The notes beneath the pieces are model-generated. The model searched no databases. It was not told where the DNA came from and saw only the letters and a program-made list of their open reading frames with translations. 64,000 nucleotides of DNA, taken from Candidatus Bathyarchaeota archaeon. GTDB lineage: Archaea; Thermoproteota; Bathyarchaeia; Bathyarchaeales; Bathycorpusculaceae. Location: the NCBI GenBank assembly GCA_963715865.1, contig OY970280.1, positions 1,344,001 through 1,408,000 on the forward strand, read 5' to 3'. The position numbers and the translations under genes are program-made. This document shows, piece after piece, positions 9,424-18,324 of the stretch (positions are counted from its first letter, which is position 1; each line of letters starts with the position of its first letter).

Positions 9424-10377
9424 TCAACGATGCGCTTGTTTCTTAGATTTTTTCTCTGGTTTTACAGTCTCCTGAGGCTTACGTTTTCTTAACATCAGTA
9501 CGGTTCCAGCTACTGCAATAAGGACTACCACAATGACTATTGCGTAGATTACCGCTGGGTTGGAGGCGTTATTTGAGTTGACGTCTGTAGGTGATGACGA
9601 GCTTGATGAAGAGCTTCCACTGCCTTGATAGGGAGTAACTATAGGTGCAGTTCCTTGAAGAATTGGTCCTTGCGCCTGAACTAGTAGTGAATAGCTTGAG
9701 ATTTTCTCGCCTGAAGATACCACTGTCTGATTTAAGTCAAGTGCAGCAACTTGGAATGATATTGTTCCAGAAGAAGATAGAGTAGCGGGAGTTAGGTAAT
9801 TTGTGTATCCTACCGCGACTACGGTACCTGTAGCGTTGTAAAAGGTCGCAACCACTGTTATGTTTGTAGCTGTTTGGCTGCCTGTATTTTGAATAATGCC
9901 GTTGACCAAGTAGGCACCGTTATAACCTCCAGTACTGCCAATTGATGCTGAACTGCTTGTGATTTTTAAGTCTGGGTATTGATAGCCGCTTGTTGCATTC
10001 GCTATGAAGGGTGTCAGGGTAATCTTTGAGATGTCTTGCTGTTGCCAGATTCCAATGCTGCTTGAAGGCTGAAATTCCATGTAAAAGGGCGCTTTCTGCT
10101 GTGGCGCTAGGTATGATACCCAAACTTGACAGTAAGAATTACTTTGGTCCGTCCCGTCTGACGAGTACACTGAACCTGTCAGGTAAACTGGATTAACGGT
10201 ATTGGAACCGACATTCTGGATTTCTCCGACGACGTCAAGAATTCCCATGTTGTCAACGTAATAGCTATAGTTTACAATCTTGATGTTTTGTGTTTGGCTA
10301 AATGCGTTCGGAATTAAAGTTAATCCTAAAGATAGGAGTGACAACGCAATAAAGAAATAAATTGTACTCTTTCTCAT
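9424..10377 (-). CDS. Secreted, C-terminally anchored protein with two FxLYD-like Ig domains
   Basis: Signal peptide; two repeats of type V.G.IQN.G (VVGEIQNVGSNT, VNGIIQNTGSQT) with FY/VY-x-x-x-G strands; Ser-rich linker; TM helix and basic tail. Confidence 0.75.
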   Translation of the reverse strand: MRKSTIYFFIALSLLSLGLTLIPNAFSQTQNIKIVNYSYYVDNMGILDVVGEIQNVGSNTVNPVYLTGSVYSSDGTDQSNSYCQVWVSYLAPQQKAPFYMEFQPSSSIGIWQQQDISKITLTPFIANATSGYQYPDLKITSSSASIGSTGGYNGAYLVNGIIQNTGSQTATNITVVATFYNATGTVVAVGYTNYLTPATLSSSGTISFQVAALDLNQTVVSSGEKISSYSLLVQAQGPILQGTAPIVTPYQGSGSSSSSSSSPTDVNSNNASNPAVIYAIVIVVVLIAVAGTVLMLRKRKPQETVKPEKKSKKQAHR

Positions 10378-10645
10378 GAAACGTCATCTCATCCGTACAA
10401 GCCCAAGAAAAGAACTTTGTAGTATAAAACGGTTTTTCAAAATTAGACCTAAAAGTCAAAAATGAGCTTGGCTGGATGCGTCGGATAGGTTTTTACTTGG
10501 TTTTGCAAATACAAACTAACGTGGAACAACGGATGCTGTAATTTAATAAATAAAGGCTGATTTTCAAATATTACTAATAGAGCAAGAAGTGAAAGCATAA
10601 TTCTTAAATGTAAAAGTATGGATATGCTATTTACAAGGGAATCTT

Positions 10646-11116
10646 ATGGCTGAAAAGTTACATCCCTATGTAGTATTTCTACCAACCGAGAAAAAAGATA
10701 AGATACTAAGCGCCATATTCGGTTCAAAGGCAGGCGTCGACGTTTTAAGATTCTCACTAAAACAGGGGATATCAAAAAATATCTATCAAAAAGATCTCGT
10801 GAAAAAATTAAATTACTCAAACAAGACAATCATCGAAAACCTAAAAGCCCTAACCACATTGGGTGTTTTAAACGAAAGCATGGAGAAAAACGAGAAAGAG
10901 GGGAGAATCATCTGGGTAAAAACCTACCAACTAACAAACCTAGGGAAATGGTTTGCTCTGTTGCTGGCAGAAGAAAAAGAACTCTCAGAAAAAGAAAAAG
11001 CCGAAATTCTCCAAAGCCTATTCCGAACCTACGTGAAACAGGTTAAACGCTTAGCAGAAGAAATCGGCATAAACAAGAAAACGCTCGAAGAAACCTTCAG
11101 AGAAGAAATGAAGTAA
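10646..11116 (+). CDS. Winged-helix putative transcriptional regulator
   Basis: YQKDLVKKLNYSNKTIIENLKALTTLGVL helix-turn-helix followed by a wing (WVKTYQLT). Confidence 0.7.
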   Translation: MAEKLHPYVVFLPTEKKDKILSAIFGSKAGVDVLRFSLKQGISKNIYQKDLVKKLNYSNKTIIENLKALTTLGVLNESMEKNEKEGRIIWVKTYQLTNLGKWFALLLAEEKELSEKEKAEILQSLFRTYVKQVKRLAEEIGINKKTLEETFREEMK

Positions 11117-11272
11117 CCCTAAAAACCAACGGAACCAAAAATCAGAAATTTATTGGGTTGTGGGGTTTGGAGATAGTTTGAGGGGGGAGAAGGGAGAGCG
11201 TGCAAAAATATAATTTCTCCAAACCTTTCCACCCAACCCATTGTTTTTGGTTTTTGTTTTTTGCCCTCCATG

Positions 11273-12457
11273 TTACAAGGCTTTGAAAGCGTCGAACCAT
11301 CTGTTATACATCGACAACATGTCTAAGGAAACGCTTGGTTTGCGTTCTTCCAAGATTTGTCGGAAATCAGCCATCGTTAACGCTCTTGGCTTTGCCTCTT
11401 TATCCATTGCTTTGCCGGACTCGAAGAATTCGCCGATGAGGCTTAGCTGGGCTGATTGGCAAACGTCTCGTATGTCGCTTCCTGAGAAGCCCTCAGAAAG
11501 CCGTGCTAATTCCTGCAGGTCCACATCCGTGTCTACCTGCAGATTGCTTGAGTAAAGCTTAAGCATGCTCAGTCTAGTGGCGTTATCCGCTAATGGAACA
11601 AGAATTCTTTTCTGGAAACGCCGAATAAACGCCCAATCCAAATCCCAAGGCTTATTCGTGGCGCCAATAACGTAAACATGAAGAGCCTTGCCCTTATCAA
11701 CAATGCCGTCCATTTCCTTTAGGAACTGGTTACGGACACGAATTTCTCCGCCGACCTCGTTAGAATGCTGACCCATCAGCGAGTCTAATTCGTCAACAAA
11801 CACGATAGCTGGCTTACCCTCGTTTGCGGATTTGCGAGCTGAACCAAACAATTTAGCAACATTCTGCTCACCTTCCCCAAGCCACTTTGACATAATCGAT
11901 GCCGCATCAATAGAGTAAAAGTTAGCATCAATCTCCGTTGCAACCGCAGCCGCAAGCAAAGTTTTACCGCAGCCAGGTGGACCAAAAAGCAGTATGCCTC
12001 GTGGCCAGCCTAACGGGAACAAGTCAGGTCTTTGAACTGGGTAGACAATGGCTTCTTTGACTGCTTTTTTGGCAGTCTCTAAACCTATGACTTCCTCCCA
12101 ATTCACTTTCGGTTTCTCAGTAACTACAAGCTCTTCGCTGTTTGGTTTTCCGTTTCCGCTACCGTTGCCTTCCGCGGTTGCTCCTCCGCCTTCACCATCA
12201 TTGTTGCTTGCTTCATTCATTTCACGGGATGAAACGGCTCCTTGCAACGCTTTGATTCTTTCTTGATAAGCGATTGCTCTTTGAACGTAAACTTTATTCA
12301 AGCCATATTCAGGGTAAAGCTGCACAAGTTGCAAGAGGCTCTCGATTGCTTTTTGGTAGAAGGTTATGGCTCTGCCTTTTTGCCCTTGCTTATCTAAGCG
12401 TACAGCATCTAAGGCGTAAGTTGTTGCCGCTTTCTCTAGTTCATTTGAGGCGCTCAT
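11273..12457 (-). CDS. cdvC: CdvC / Vps4-like AAA+ ATPase with N-terminal MIT domain
   Basis: MIT-like helices (ELEKAATTYALDAVRLDKQG..AITFYQKAI), Walker A GPPGCGKT, Walker B VFVDELD, ATNKPWDLD..RRF. Last gene of the cdv operon. Confidence 0.92.
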   Translation of the reverse strand: MSASNELEKAATTYALDAVRLDKQGQKGRAITFYQKAIESLLQLVQLYPEYGLNKVYVQRAIAYQERIKALQGAVSSREMNEASNNDGEGGGATAEGNGSGNGKPNSEELVVTEKPKVNWEEVIGLETAKKAVKEAIVYPVQRPDLFPLGWPRGILLFGPPGCGKTLLAAAVATEIDANFYSIDAASIMSKWLGEGEQNVAKLFGSARKSANEGKPAIVFVDELDSLMGQHSNEVGGEIRVRNQFLKEMDGIVDKGKALHVYVIGATNKPWDLDWAFIRRFQKRILVPLADNATRLSMLKLYSSNLQVDTDVDLQELARLSEGFSGSDIRDVCQSAQLSLIGEFFESGKAMDKEAKPRALTMADFRQILEERKPSVSLDMLSMYNRWFDAFKAL

Positions 12458-12471
12458 TTTTTGTTCTTCTC

Positions 12472-13365
12472 CTATTCAGGCGATTTTAACTCAATTTTTA
12501 TTTTGCCCTTTGTTCCCAAATTCTCAAGGGCACGCTCAATGTCTTCATTGGAAGTTTGCAGTTCACTTGAACAGCGACTTAAATCTATCTCGCCATTAGT
12601 CTTGCGGACATATTCGAGAAGCACATCTTCCAAGCAAGGCTTTTCAACCTTCAACGAGAATTCTTTAATTTCAGACTTCTTGTACGAGAATAGAGTCTTT
12701 GATGGTTCAAATCCAGTTTCTTCAGAAGCTTTATGTCCAAAAACCTGTGAAGAGCTGGCCGTGAGGGCAACAAGCTCCTTAATCGGCGTTTTCTCTTTCA
12801 CTTGTGAAGCGACAGGTGGTTCTGGAAGAGTTTCAGCTAATTTCTGCTCCATGAAGCATGCGACTTCTTTTAGTATTTCTTCGCCACCTTCCGTCTTCTT
12901 TCCCACCGGAATCAAGTTTTCATCTGTTGAAATCTTTGCTGCATGAAGCGTTTCTTGGATTGTTTCATTAACGGTATTAAGTTCTGAGCTGACATCAGGC
13001 AAAAGTTGGAATAGCTCTTGAGAAACACCTTGAAGCAACCGCAATGCAGGCTTCAAATCGGCAACAATGTCACCTAGTTCTCTTATTGTTTCAAGGCGAA
13101 GAATCACACGTTCAATAGCTAACTGAACATTATAGAGAAACTTTACAAGTTTTCGAACTTCAGCAATTTCAGTAGCGCATATTGCAGCTTTTTCTTTATT
13201 GTTCTTTTTCAGGGCACCCATGCAAGTTTCAAAAAGTATTCGGTCTCTTTCTTTTAAGCGAAAACTTGCCTGCTCCAGCTTATTTTGCTGAATCTTAAGT
13301 GTGGCAATAGATTTGGCAGCGACTTCACGTATAGGTGGAGGGGTTGGGTTAGTTAGACCTTTGAT
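12472..13365 (-). CDS. cdvB: CdvB / ESCRT-III (Snf7) protein with C-terminal winged helix
   Basis: Snf7 core (LAIERVILRLETIRELGD), LPEPP MIM2-like motif, C-terminal wH (LLEYVRKTNGEIDLSRCSSEL). Frame is open 48 codons upstream of ATG 13221 and aligns with the paralog at 14134. Start placed at ATC 13365 behind GGAGGG. Confidence 0.85.
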   Translation of the reverse strand: MKGLTNPTPPPIREVAAKSIATLKIQQNKLEQASFRLKERDRILFETCMGALKKNNKEKAAICATEIAEVRKLVKFLYNVQLAIERVILRLETIRELGDIVADLKPALRLLQGVSQELFQLLPDVSSELNTVNETIQETLHAAKISTDENLIPVGKKTEGGEEILKEVACFMEQKLAETLPEPPVASQVKEKTPIKELVALTASSSQVFGHKASEETGFEPSKTLFSYKKSEIKEFSLKVEKPCLEDVLLEYVRKTNGEIDLSRCSSELQTSNEDIERALENLGTKGKIKIELKSPE

Positions 13366-13399
13366 ATCTTATCCCTCCACAGAAATGGCATTTTGGCTA

Positions 13400-14113
13400 T
13401 TATATGCCAGCTTTACCAATCTCTTTTACGTAAACAACCACTGGAGGCTCAGGCAGTTTTGGAGCATCATTTACATGTTCTGCATAAATTTTTGATTTCT
13501 GCGGGATTTCTAGCGAATCGCCTAGCAGTACGCTTGAAACTTTGCTTTTTGTCAATTCAAAATCTGTTTTTTCTGAGGTTGCACGTTTAAGTGTTTCTTG
13601 GAGCAGCGCGAAAGCTGACTTGTAGTTTTCTTCGTCTACTTTTCCTATTTCATGTTCGATTTCAAGATTGGCAATGGCATAGCTTAGGGATGATATTTCT
13701 TCTTTGCATCGTTCAATTTCTATGGCAGCTTCATCGATAATGACTTGCGCGTCCTTCTTTAGTTGAGTTAAAACGCTCTGAAAACTATTATGAAGTTCTT
13801 GGTAGAGTTCTGGAGCGATTTTTCTTTTTTCATTCAGATCTTTTAGGGCTTGGTCTTTTCGCCATATGAGAGGTATTTGGTCGCAAAGGATACTTGCTTG
13901 ATTTTTAATTTTTGATATGAATGTGACTTCAGCGCCATTAAATCTTAAGTTTTCCATGGTATGTTTTGAGAATTGACCGTCACCAAACTCGATAAATACA
14001 GCGTCAAATTTCCCGCTTGGTGTTAATCCGAAAGATGCAACTTTACCGATTATACGACCGTACTCGTTTTTAATAGGTTTACCAATATAAAGAAAAAGAT
14101 TGGAGTTAGACAT
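13400..14113 (-). CDS. cdvA: CdvA-like cell division protein (PRC barrel plus coiled coil)
   Basis: N-terminal YIGKPIKNEYGRIIGKV PRC-barrel pattern, coiled coil, C-terminal PEPPVVVYV ESCRT-III-binding-like peptide; positioned between ESCRT-III genes. Confidence 0.85.
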   Translation of the reverse strand: MSNSNLFLYIGKPIKNEYGRIIGKVASFGLTPSGKFDAVFIEFGDGQFSKHTMENLRFNGAEVTFISKIKNQASILCDQIPLIWRKDQALKDLNEKRKIAPELYQELHNSFQSVLTQLKKDAQVIIDEAAIEIERCKEEISSLSYAIANLEIEHEIGKVDEENYKSAFALLQETLKRATSEKTDFELTKSKVSSVLLGDSLEIPQKSKIYAEHVNDAPKLPEPPVVVYVKEIGKAGI

Positions 14114-14133
14114 GTTTGTTTTTTCCTCCTATT

Positions 14134-14799
14134 TTAGAAACTCTCTGTTGATTTCTCTGCTTGTGAGGCTGGGGCTGATGGCATTCCTGGGGGCAGATCT
14201 GGGAACTTGTCCTTGATCTTCTGCTCAGCGACTGTTGCTGCTTCTGTGAGAATCTTTGCTGCGTCTTCGTTTACTGTGTCAAAGTTTAGTGTCATTCCTG
14301 AACCTTGGCCTGCTTCGATCATTATTCCGCTTAGCATGTTGCCAATTTCGCCTAGTTCGTTTTCTGCTTCTGGAAATACGCTTACTAAGCCTGCTCTGAC
14401 TGAACGTAGAACTCCTACGGCTGGGCCTAAGGTTGATACTACGTCGCCTAGTTCTGATACTGTTCGTAACCGTAATGTGATTTGTTCGAGTGCAAGTTTA
14501 GCGTTCATGATTAACTTTGACATTTTCCGAACTTCAGCTAACTCGTTGGCGAAAACGTTTGCGCGTGCACTGTCATGTTTTGCATAAGCATCAACTATTC
14601 TGGCGAAGATTGCTTTGTCTCTTTGGCTGAACCTGTCTGTGGCTTGGTCAAGCTTTTGTACTTGAAGTTCGATGCGTCTGACGGCGAAGTCAAGTCGTGG
14701 CTTCAATGGTCCTGGTGGCTTCACGGCGTCTTTAATGCGGTTTGAGAATGGCTCATCTTCCCTTTTGCTTTCCCACTTTTTTGCAAATCTTTCTGACAA
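14134..14799 (-). CDS. ESCRT-III (CdvB1/CdvB2-like) paralog without wH domain
   Basis: FAKKW N-terminus, ANELAEVRK, LALEQITLRLRTVSELGD Snf7 core, C-terminal PDLP motif. Confidence 0.88.
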   Translation of the reverse strand: MSERFAKKWESKREDEPFSNRIKDAVKPPGPLKPRLDFAVRRIELQVQKLDQATDRFSQRDKAIFARIVDAYAKHDSARANVFANELAEVRKMSKLIMNAKLALEQITLRLRTVSELGDVVSTLGPAVGVLRSVRAGLVSVFPEAENELGEIGNMLSGIMIEAGQGSGMTLNFDTVNEDAAKILTEAATVAEQKIKDKFPDLPPGMPSAPASQAEKSTESF

Positions 14800-15025
14800 T
14801 TTAAATTACCTCTGCAAGACAAAAATGCGGAAAACAATCTTATACATTGTTAACATGATGGAAATATGCTCGTATATATGTACAGATATACGTCATGTAA
14901 AAAATGGTTATAGCCTTTAACTATAAGAGTAAAAGATGATGCTAGCGCTAAAGCGATTAGACAAAAAAATGTAAGTTAGACTAAAAAGAAGCGTGAACTA
15001 ATGCTAAAACAAAAAGGTGAATTGA

Positions 15026-15250
15026 ATGAACAGCAGATTGAAAATATTCGGCTTAATAGCTCTTTTAGGCTTCGTAGCAGGCGTCATAGCACAGCTCACA
15101 GCAGTAGTTATTATCCCATGGCTTGTGGAAGTTTTACCGTTGCTAGGCGGTGCAACAACCTACATAATTTCAGGATTCGCCGGTGCATGCCTAACAGTTG
15201 TGCTTGTCGGCGTTTGGGCGTACATGACTGGGAAAAAAGAGCCCTACTAA
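15026..15250 (+). CDS. Small two-TM membrane protein
   Basis: 74 aa, two hydrophobic helices, basic C-terminus; AGGTGA motif upstream. Confidence 0.6.
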   Translation: MNSRLKIFGLIALLGFVAGVIAQLTAVVIIPWLVEVLPLLGGATTYIISGFAGACLTVVLVGVWAYMTGKKEPY

Positions 15251-15314
15251 ATAAGAGCCTACTCTCCAGCCTCTTTCTTTATTGAAATCTTACTTTTTTA
15301 ACTAAAAATTAATT

Positions 15315-15338
15315 CCTTCATCCTTTGCGTTTCATTTT
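15315..15338 (+). repeat. 24-bp direct repeat, copy 1 (CCTTCATCCTTTGCGTTTCATTTT)
   Basis: Exact match to 16167-16190. Confidence 0.9.
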
Positions 15339-15365
15339 TTGTTGACTTCCCCGTAAGGAGTTCGT

Positions 15366-15770
15366 TTATGCCCATTTGGTTTTGATTTCTTTAATTTGTT
15401 TAAGGTGTTTGTCGTCGGTGAGGATAAAGTCGGCTGAGGATTTGATGGCGGAGGCTGCTATGATTGCGTCTGCTGTGGGCAAGTCTGTGTATTTGCATCT
15501 TAATCTAGCGGCTTCGATTGCTATGTTTGAATCTAGGTTGAGGGTGGTTAATTTTGATTTCAGGATAATGTTAGCTCGGATGTTGGCCACATCTATGCCA
15601 AGGGTTTGCATTTCAAACTTGTAGAATTCGTGAATTACTATGGAGGGTACGATTCCATGGTTAGCTTCTTTTTGAAGGGTTTCCAGGGTTGTTTTGGTCC
15701 ACTTTTTTGTTTCTTCATCCGGGGCCAGAAAATGTGTGACTAAAAATCGGGTGTCTATGACGGCTTGCAT
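15366..15770 (-). CDS. vapC: PIN-domain VapC toxin
   Basis: VIDTRFL, acidic E (IHEF), LPTADAIIAASA, ILTDDKHL. Start ATG 15770, immediately after the antitoxin stop. Confidence 0.88.
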   Translation of the reverse strand: MQAVIDTRFLVTHFLAPDEETKKWTKTTLETLQKEANHGIVPSIVIHEFYKFEMQTLGIDVANIRANIILKSKLTTLNLDSNIAIEAARLRCKYTDLPTADAIIAASAIKSSADFILTDDKHLKQIKEIKTKWA

Positions 15771-15771
15771 G

Positions 15772-15999
15772 TTAATATCTGTCTTCAGAGCGCATTTTGT
15801 CAATGATTTCGAGGGCTTTTTCCACGGTCATTTTTCCGGCGTCTATACCTGCGAGGTTTTCGATTTTTGGAATGACTTTGAAAATTATGCCGGAGGGGGA
15901 ATCTTCAACGGTCATTTTCATGCCTTCCTCTATATTGTATTTGCGTCTTAACTCGATTGGGACGGTAACTTGACCTTTGCGAGTAACCATTACTTCCAT
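15772..15999 (-). CDS. vapB: AbrB/MazE/SpoVT-family antitoxin
   Basis: VTRKGQVTVPIELRRKYNIEEG swapped-hairpin motif. Confidence 0.9.
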   Translation of the reverse strand: MEVMVTRKGQVTVPIELRRKYNIEEGMKMTVEDSPSGIIFKVIPKIENLAGIDAGKMTVEKALEIIDKMRSEDRY

Positions 16000-16166
16000 A
16001 ATCCGACCTCAACTTCTGGTACAACTTAATATGAAAGTACTACTTAACTTTTGTGGCGGAATTAAGGATTAACCCGAATCAGGTTATCGCCAGAGTAAGA
16101 GTTTCAATTCTCATGCTTTGTGTTTGCGAGATTATGGATTGTTTGGCAGGCGATGTCTCGTTTTAG

Positions 16167-16190
16167 CCTTCATCCTTTGCGTTTCATTTT
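16167..16190 (+). repeat. 24-bp direct repeat, copy 2 (contains the 3' end and stop of the 16170..17192 gene)
   Basis: Exact match to 15315-15338; reads ..KMKRKG-stop on the minus strand. Confidence 0.9.
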
Positions 16191-17192
16191 ACCGTAAATC
16201 AGAAGTGGCAAACCTAGGAAAACGCAAGCTACTGCCCACAGATTGGGATTGTGAAGTGGACCTATTACTTCGTACCATACGCTTGGATGAGCTTCGTAGC
16301 CGCCAGTAAGATAGAAATACAGTAAATTGAAAAGGAAGTAGCCTCCGAACGCCGTCAAAACTATTCCTATGCGTGTCAAGTTGAGGCTGGTTGTCTGTTT
16401 TTTGATTGCAGGAAGAGTTGATATTAACGTTGCAATGGCTAGTGCTAACAAACCGAAAACGGTTAGGCTAAAGCTGAGTAGATTGGCAGGTTGCAGCAGA
16501 AAATCCAGCCCATACTGTTCATAAACTCGGGTGTAAGGAACCGTGATGCCAGCCCACAGCATAGAGTAATTGAACCAGAAAACAACGAAGAGGTATGCAA
16601 CTGCGGTCAAGCAGCTCCATTTAACGATTTCTTGATTGGATGACTCATGCTTGATGGCTGCTCTGAGCTTTAGCAGGAGCGGCGGAACAACAAGGACAAT
16701 TGCAAGACATGGGATTGCTGTACCATAGAGCAAGAGCAGCCCTGGAGTATGGCCAAAGTAGAACAGGTTTTCGCTTGTTGAGTTATAGGCGAGTGCGGCG
16801 ATGATTGAAGGAATCAAAGCTAGAAAGAATCCAGCTTCCAGTAGCAGTGCGGTGCTGGCACTTTTTCTTATTTTTGGCATTGCCGCGTCTTTTTTTCTCC
16901 AAAACAGAAAAGCTGCATAAACAGCAAAGGCTCCTGCGATGGCACGACTGATAATTGCAACTGACCCAGAGACGCCCTCACTGCCATAGAAGAGGACCAT
17001 CCACCACCAAGAGTTCTGCGACAGCGAATTGTAAATGTACTGATTGGAGATCATGCCTACACTGTCGCGCATTCCGCTCGCTGCAAAGTAGAGAGCGTAC
17101 GCAAAATAGGCAGCAACTACAATTAAAATCCAGAAGCGAAGGGAACCCGCATATTTCTCAAGCCATTTTCCCATCAGAGCTCGCCAATCCAC
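16170..17192 (-). CDS. Multi-pass membrane protein of unknown function
   Basis: 340 aa with about 8 hydrophobic segments; family not recognised. Confidence 0.75.
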   Translation of the reverse strand: MDWRALMGKWLEKYAGSLRFWILIVVAAYFAYALYFAASGMRDSVGMISNQYIYNSLSQNSWWWMVLFYGSEGVSGSVAIISRAIAGAFAVYAAFLFWRKKDAAMPKIRKSASTALLLEAGFFLALIPSIIAALAYNSTSENLFYFGHTPGLLLLYGTAIPCLAIVLVVPPLLLKLRAAIKHESSNQEIVKWSCLTAVAYLFVVFWFNYSMLWAGITVPYTRVYEQYGLDFLLQPANLLSFSLTVFGLLALAIATLISTLPAIKKQTTSLNLTRIGIVLTAFGGYFLFNLLYFYLTGGYEAHPSVWYEVIGPLHNPNLWAVACVFLGLPLLIYGKMKRKG

Positions 17193-17545
17193 TTTGTAGG
17201 TTTTGGGCTATTTAGTTCTAATGGAGGAACAATTTGTTCCACCCCTGGAACAGTACACTTTGCTTGTTTGATTGTTTACTTTGGCTGAAATAGGATGTTT
17301 TAGTGGACTCGGTAGCGGAAAAAGATGTCATTCGCCTTAAGCGTCTTCGTACCTCGATTTCCTCATTGTCCGAAGTTATAGAGCATCGCACCAATTTATT
17401 TACGTTTCCTGAAGAGTTAGTCTCGTTTTCGCAGTTCCTATCGGTGAATCTCTGCATTTTCTTCTTTGAGAACCTTGATTGAATTCTCTAGTAGTTACGA
17501 TTGTGAAATAAAAAATACATATAAGTCATTTCTGTCCTGCTGTTA

Positions 17546-18160
17546 GTGATGGGCATGGTTGATTTTAAACTAGATTCGAATAAGACAGCGTTAGTTGTTA
17601 TAGATGTGCAAAAAGGCATAGTCGCGCTGGATAGAAAACTTGAACCCAACACTGCAAGCCAAGTTATAGCAAACGTCTCACAGCTTGTAAAAAAGTTTAG
17701 AGATGCTGGAATGCCCGTTTTCCTAGTTCACGTAACGTCTATCGATGGAAAAGACGTGCTGCGTCCCATAACGGATCAGCAGGTTCAATGGGGTTCAGGT
17801 CAAAGACCTGCAAATTGGACAGAATTTATAGATGAAATAAAGCCCACAGAGAAGGATATAGTAATAACGAAGAGACAGTGGGGCGCGTTTTACGGAACCG
17901 AACTCGATTTGCAACTAAGGCGCAGAAAAATAGAAACAATAGTCCTCTGCGGAGTTTCAACCAACATAGGCGTGGAGACAACTGCAAGAGACGCATATCA
18001 ATGTGGATATAACCAAGTCTTCGCCGTAGACGGGATGGCAGCAAACAGCAAAGACGAGCATGAAGCAACTCTAAAGTACATTTTTCCAAGGATAGGACTG
18101 CTAAGGACAACGGACGAGATTCTAAGAGCCATACCAGAAAGCCATTTTACGCTAGAATGA
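17546..18160 (+). CDS. Isochorismatase-family hydrolase (YecD-like)
   Basis: VIDVQKG, TKRQWGAFYGT, GVSTNIGVETTARDA (Gly at the usual catalytic Cys position, as in YecD-like members). Confidence 0.88.
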   Translation: MMGMVDFKLDSNKTALVVIDVQKGIVALDRKLEPNTASQVIANVSQLVKKFRDAGMPVFLVHVTSIDGKDVLRPITDQQVQWGSGQRPANWTEFIDEIKPTEKDIVITKRQWGAFYGTELDLQLRRRKIETIVLCGVSTNIGVETTARDAYQCGYNQVFAVDGMAANSKDEHEATLKYIFPRIGLLRTTDEILRAIPESHFTLE

Positions 18161-18324
18161 CCGTTAACCTTGGTTCAAATCCGTCTAAATTAATACAAAT
18201 AATTTTGGATTTGTTAAGTAAGTAGATAAATATACGGTTGCATTATCGTGTGAAGCAAAGAAAGGGCAAACCCGGTGTTTAAGGCTGGTAAACGTGCATA
18301 AGAAGCCGCTCTGGAGTTGATTAA

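Noticed and set aside
17218-17457. 79-aa minus-strand ORF between the membrane gene and the isochorismatase
   Set aside because: No recognisable family and unusual composition; it could be a remnant but cannot be supported.
18250-18324. GGGCAAACC-containing leader upstream of apgM resembling a c-di-GMP-I riboswitch
   Set aside because: The GAAA tetraloop and GACGCAAAGC elements are missing and the stems are weak; not supportable without a covariance search.
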